From contig OZ245922.1 of assembly GCA_965229705.1 (NCBI GenBank), positions 420,001-452,000 on the forward strand: DNA of 32,000 nt, written 5' to 3'. Of the stretch, positions 31,422 to 32,000 are shown piece by piece. The notes under the pieces were generated by a model, which saw only the letters and a program-made list of their open reading frames with translations, searched no databases and was not told the DNA's origin. The number at the start of each line of letters is the position of its first letter. Within the stretch, counting starts at the first letter, position 1. The translations under genes were made by a program, and so were the position numbers. The DNA is from Candidatus Saccharimonadota bacterium. GTDB lineage: Bacteria; Patescibacteriota; Gracilibacteria; BD1-5; UBA6164.

Positions 31422-32000
31422 ATGAAGTTCCAACAAGCATATACAGATTTTCTCGACTGGCTCGAAGCAGTAAAAAATAAATCTCAAAGAACTGTAGAGC
31501 AGTACGGGAGGCATCTTGAGAAATTTTCTGAGTACCTCGAAGAAAAAAACATTGATAGTTTACGCTTCGAGGTAGAAAAAATAACATTAAAACTTGCTGA
31601 GTGATTTCGGTCATATCTGTATAAAAACAATAAAAATATTTCTATCAAAACGGCAAACGCTTATATGATTACTCTCAGGAGTTTTCTCAAGTATCTCGAA
31701 AAAAAATGAATAACTTCTCTCTCCCCTAGCTCTATTGATCTCATCAAAGCCGAAGCTCGAAAAGTCGAGTTTCTCACAAATGAGGAACTAGAAAAAATAT
31801 TTGCTATCCCAAACACAAAGACACTCATAGGAAAGCGTGACAGAGCCATTATGGAATGTATTTATTCAACAGGACTGCGTATTTCAGAGCTTACCGCGCT
31901 CAATAAAAATGACATTAACTTACAAACGCAAGAATTTGCCGTGAGAGGAAAGTGAAGAAAGCTCAGAGTCGTCTACCTCACAAATACTGCTACCTGACTG
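31422..32000 (+). CDS. Tyrosine recombinase, XerC/XerD-like (3' end outside window)
   Basis: ATG 31422. N-terminal SAM-like core-binding domain (FLDWLEAVKNKSQRTVEQYGRHLEKF, TANAYMITLRSFLKYL) and the start of the catalytic domain (FLTNEELEKIF...RDRAIMECIYSTGLRISELTAL). Confidence 0.85.

Noticed and set aside
1-32000. Alternative explanations for the pervasive in-frame TGA: mass pseudogenisation, TGA=Trp (table 4), or selenocysteine.
   Set aside because: All essential genes (ileS, clpC, PBP, map) are affected, yet each keeps a single perfect frame with TAA/TAG ends. TGA aligns with invariant Gly of Walker A, GT51, Fic and PurF motifs, while Trp positions use TGG. The codon is far too frequent and lacks the context expected for selenocysteine.
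1-32000. Scan for tRNA (including the expected tRNA-Gly-UCA), rRNA, CRISPR repeats, IS/transposase genes and prophage blocks.
   Set aside because: I found no cloverleaf-like GTTCGAAT/T-loop context in any intergenic gap and no regularly spaced direct repeats. No transposase motifs were seen either. The only recombinase is the Xer-like gene at the 3' edge, next to map, which looks chromosomal rather than mobile.

Overview
This is an AT-rich, tightly packed bacterial chromosomal segment. Its genes are intact only if TGA is read as a sense codon (glycine) and only TAA/TAG terminate, which is translation table 25. That points to a Gracilibacteria (BD1-5) or Absconditabacteria (SR1) type genome. 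The supplied ORF track uses standard stops and also allows GTG/TTG starts, so it fragments almost every real gene and reports several long antisense artefacts. I re-read the window by hand with TGA=Gly and get about 30 genes. In order they are: ileS (5' partial), a HAD-like hydrolase, purF, an acidic coiled-coil protein and ybaB. Next comes an aerotolerance-type cluster (MoxR, DUF58, BatD/DUF4381-like, BatA-like, BatB-like, BatC-like TPR), split by an opposite-strand mTERF-like repeat gene. After that come two orphan genes closed by a strong terminator, dCMP deaminase, Fe-type SOD, an LCP protein, a 1098-aa class A PBP and a 2-Cys peroxiredoxin. These are followed by an AAA_14/DUF4143-type ATPase, a class II Fic protein, two small membrane proteins and clpC. 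Last are two tandem secreted cysteine-paired orphan proteins, map and a Xer-like recombinase (3' partial). The most anomalous spot is a small two-ORF cassette at 27093-27700 with standard-code hallmarks: Shine-Dalgarno sites, no TGA-Gly codons, and a TGA at its natural stop. I recognised no rRNA, tRNA, CRISPR array or transposase. All functional calls come from motif recognition by eye; no database search was run.
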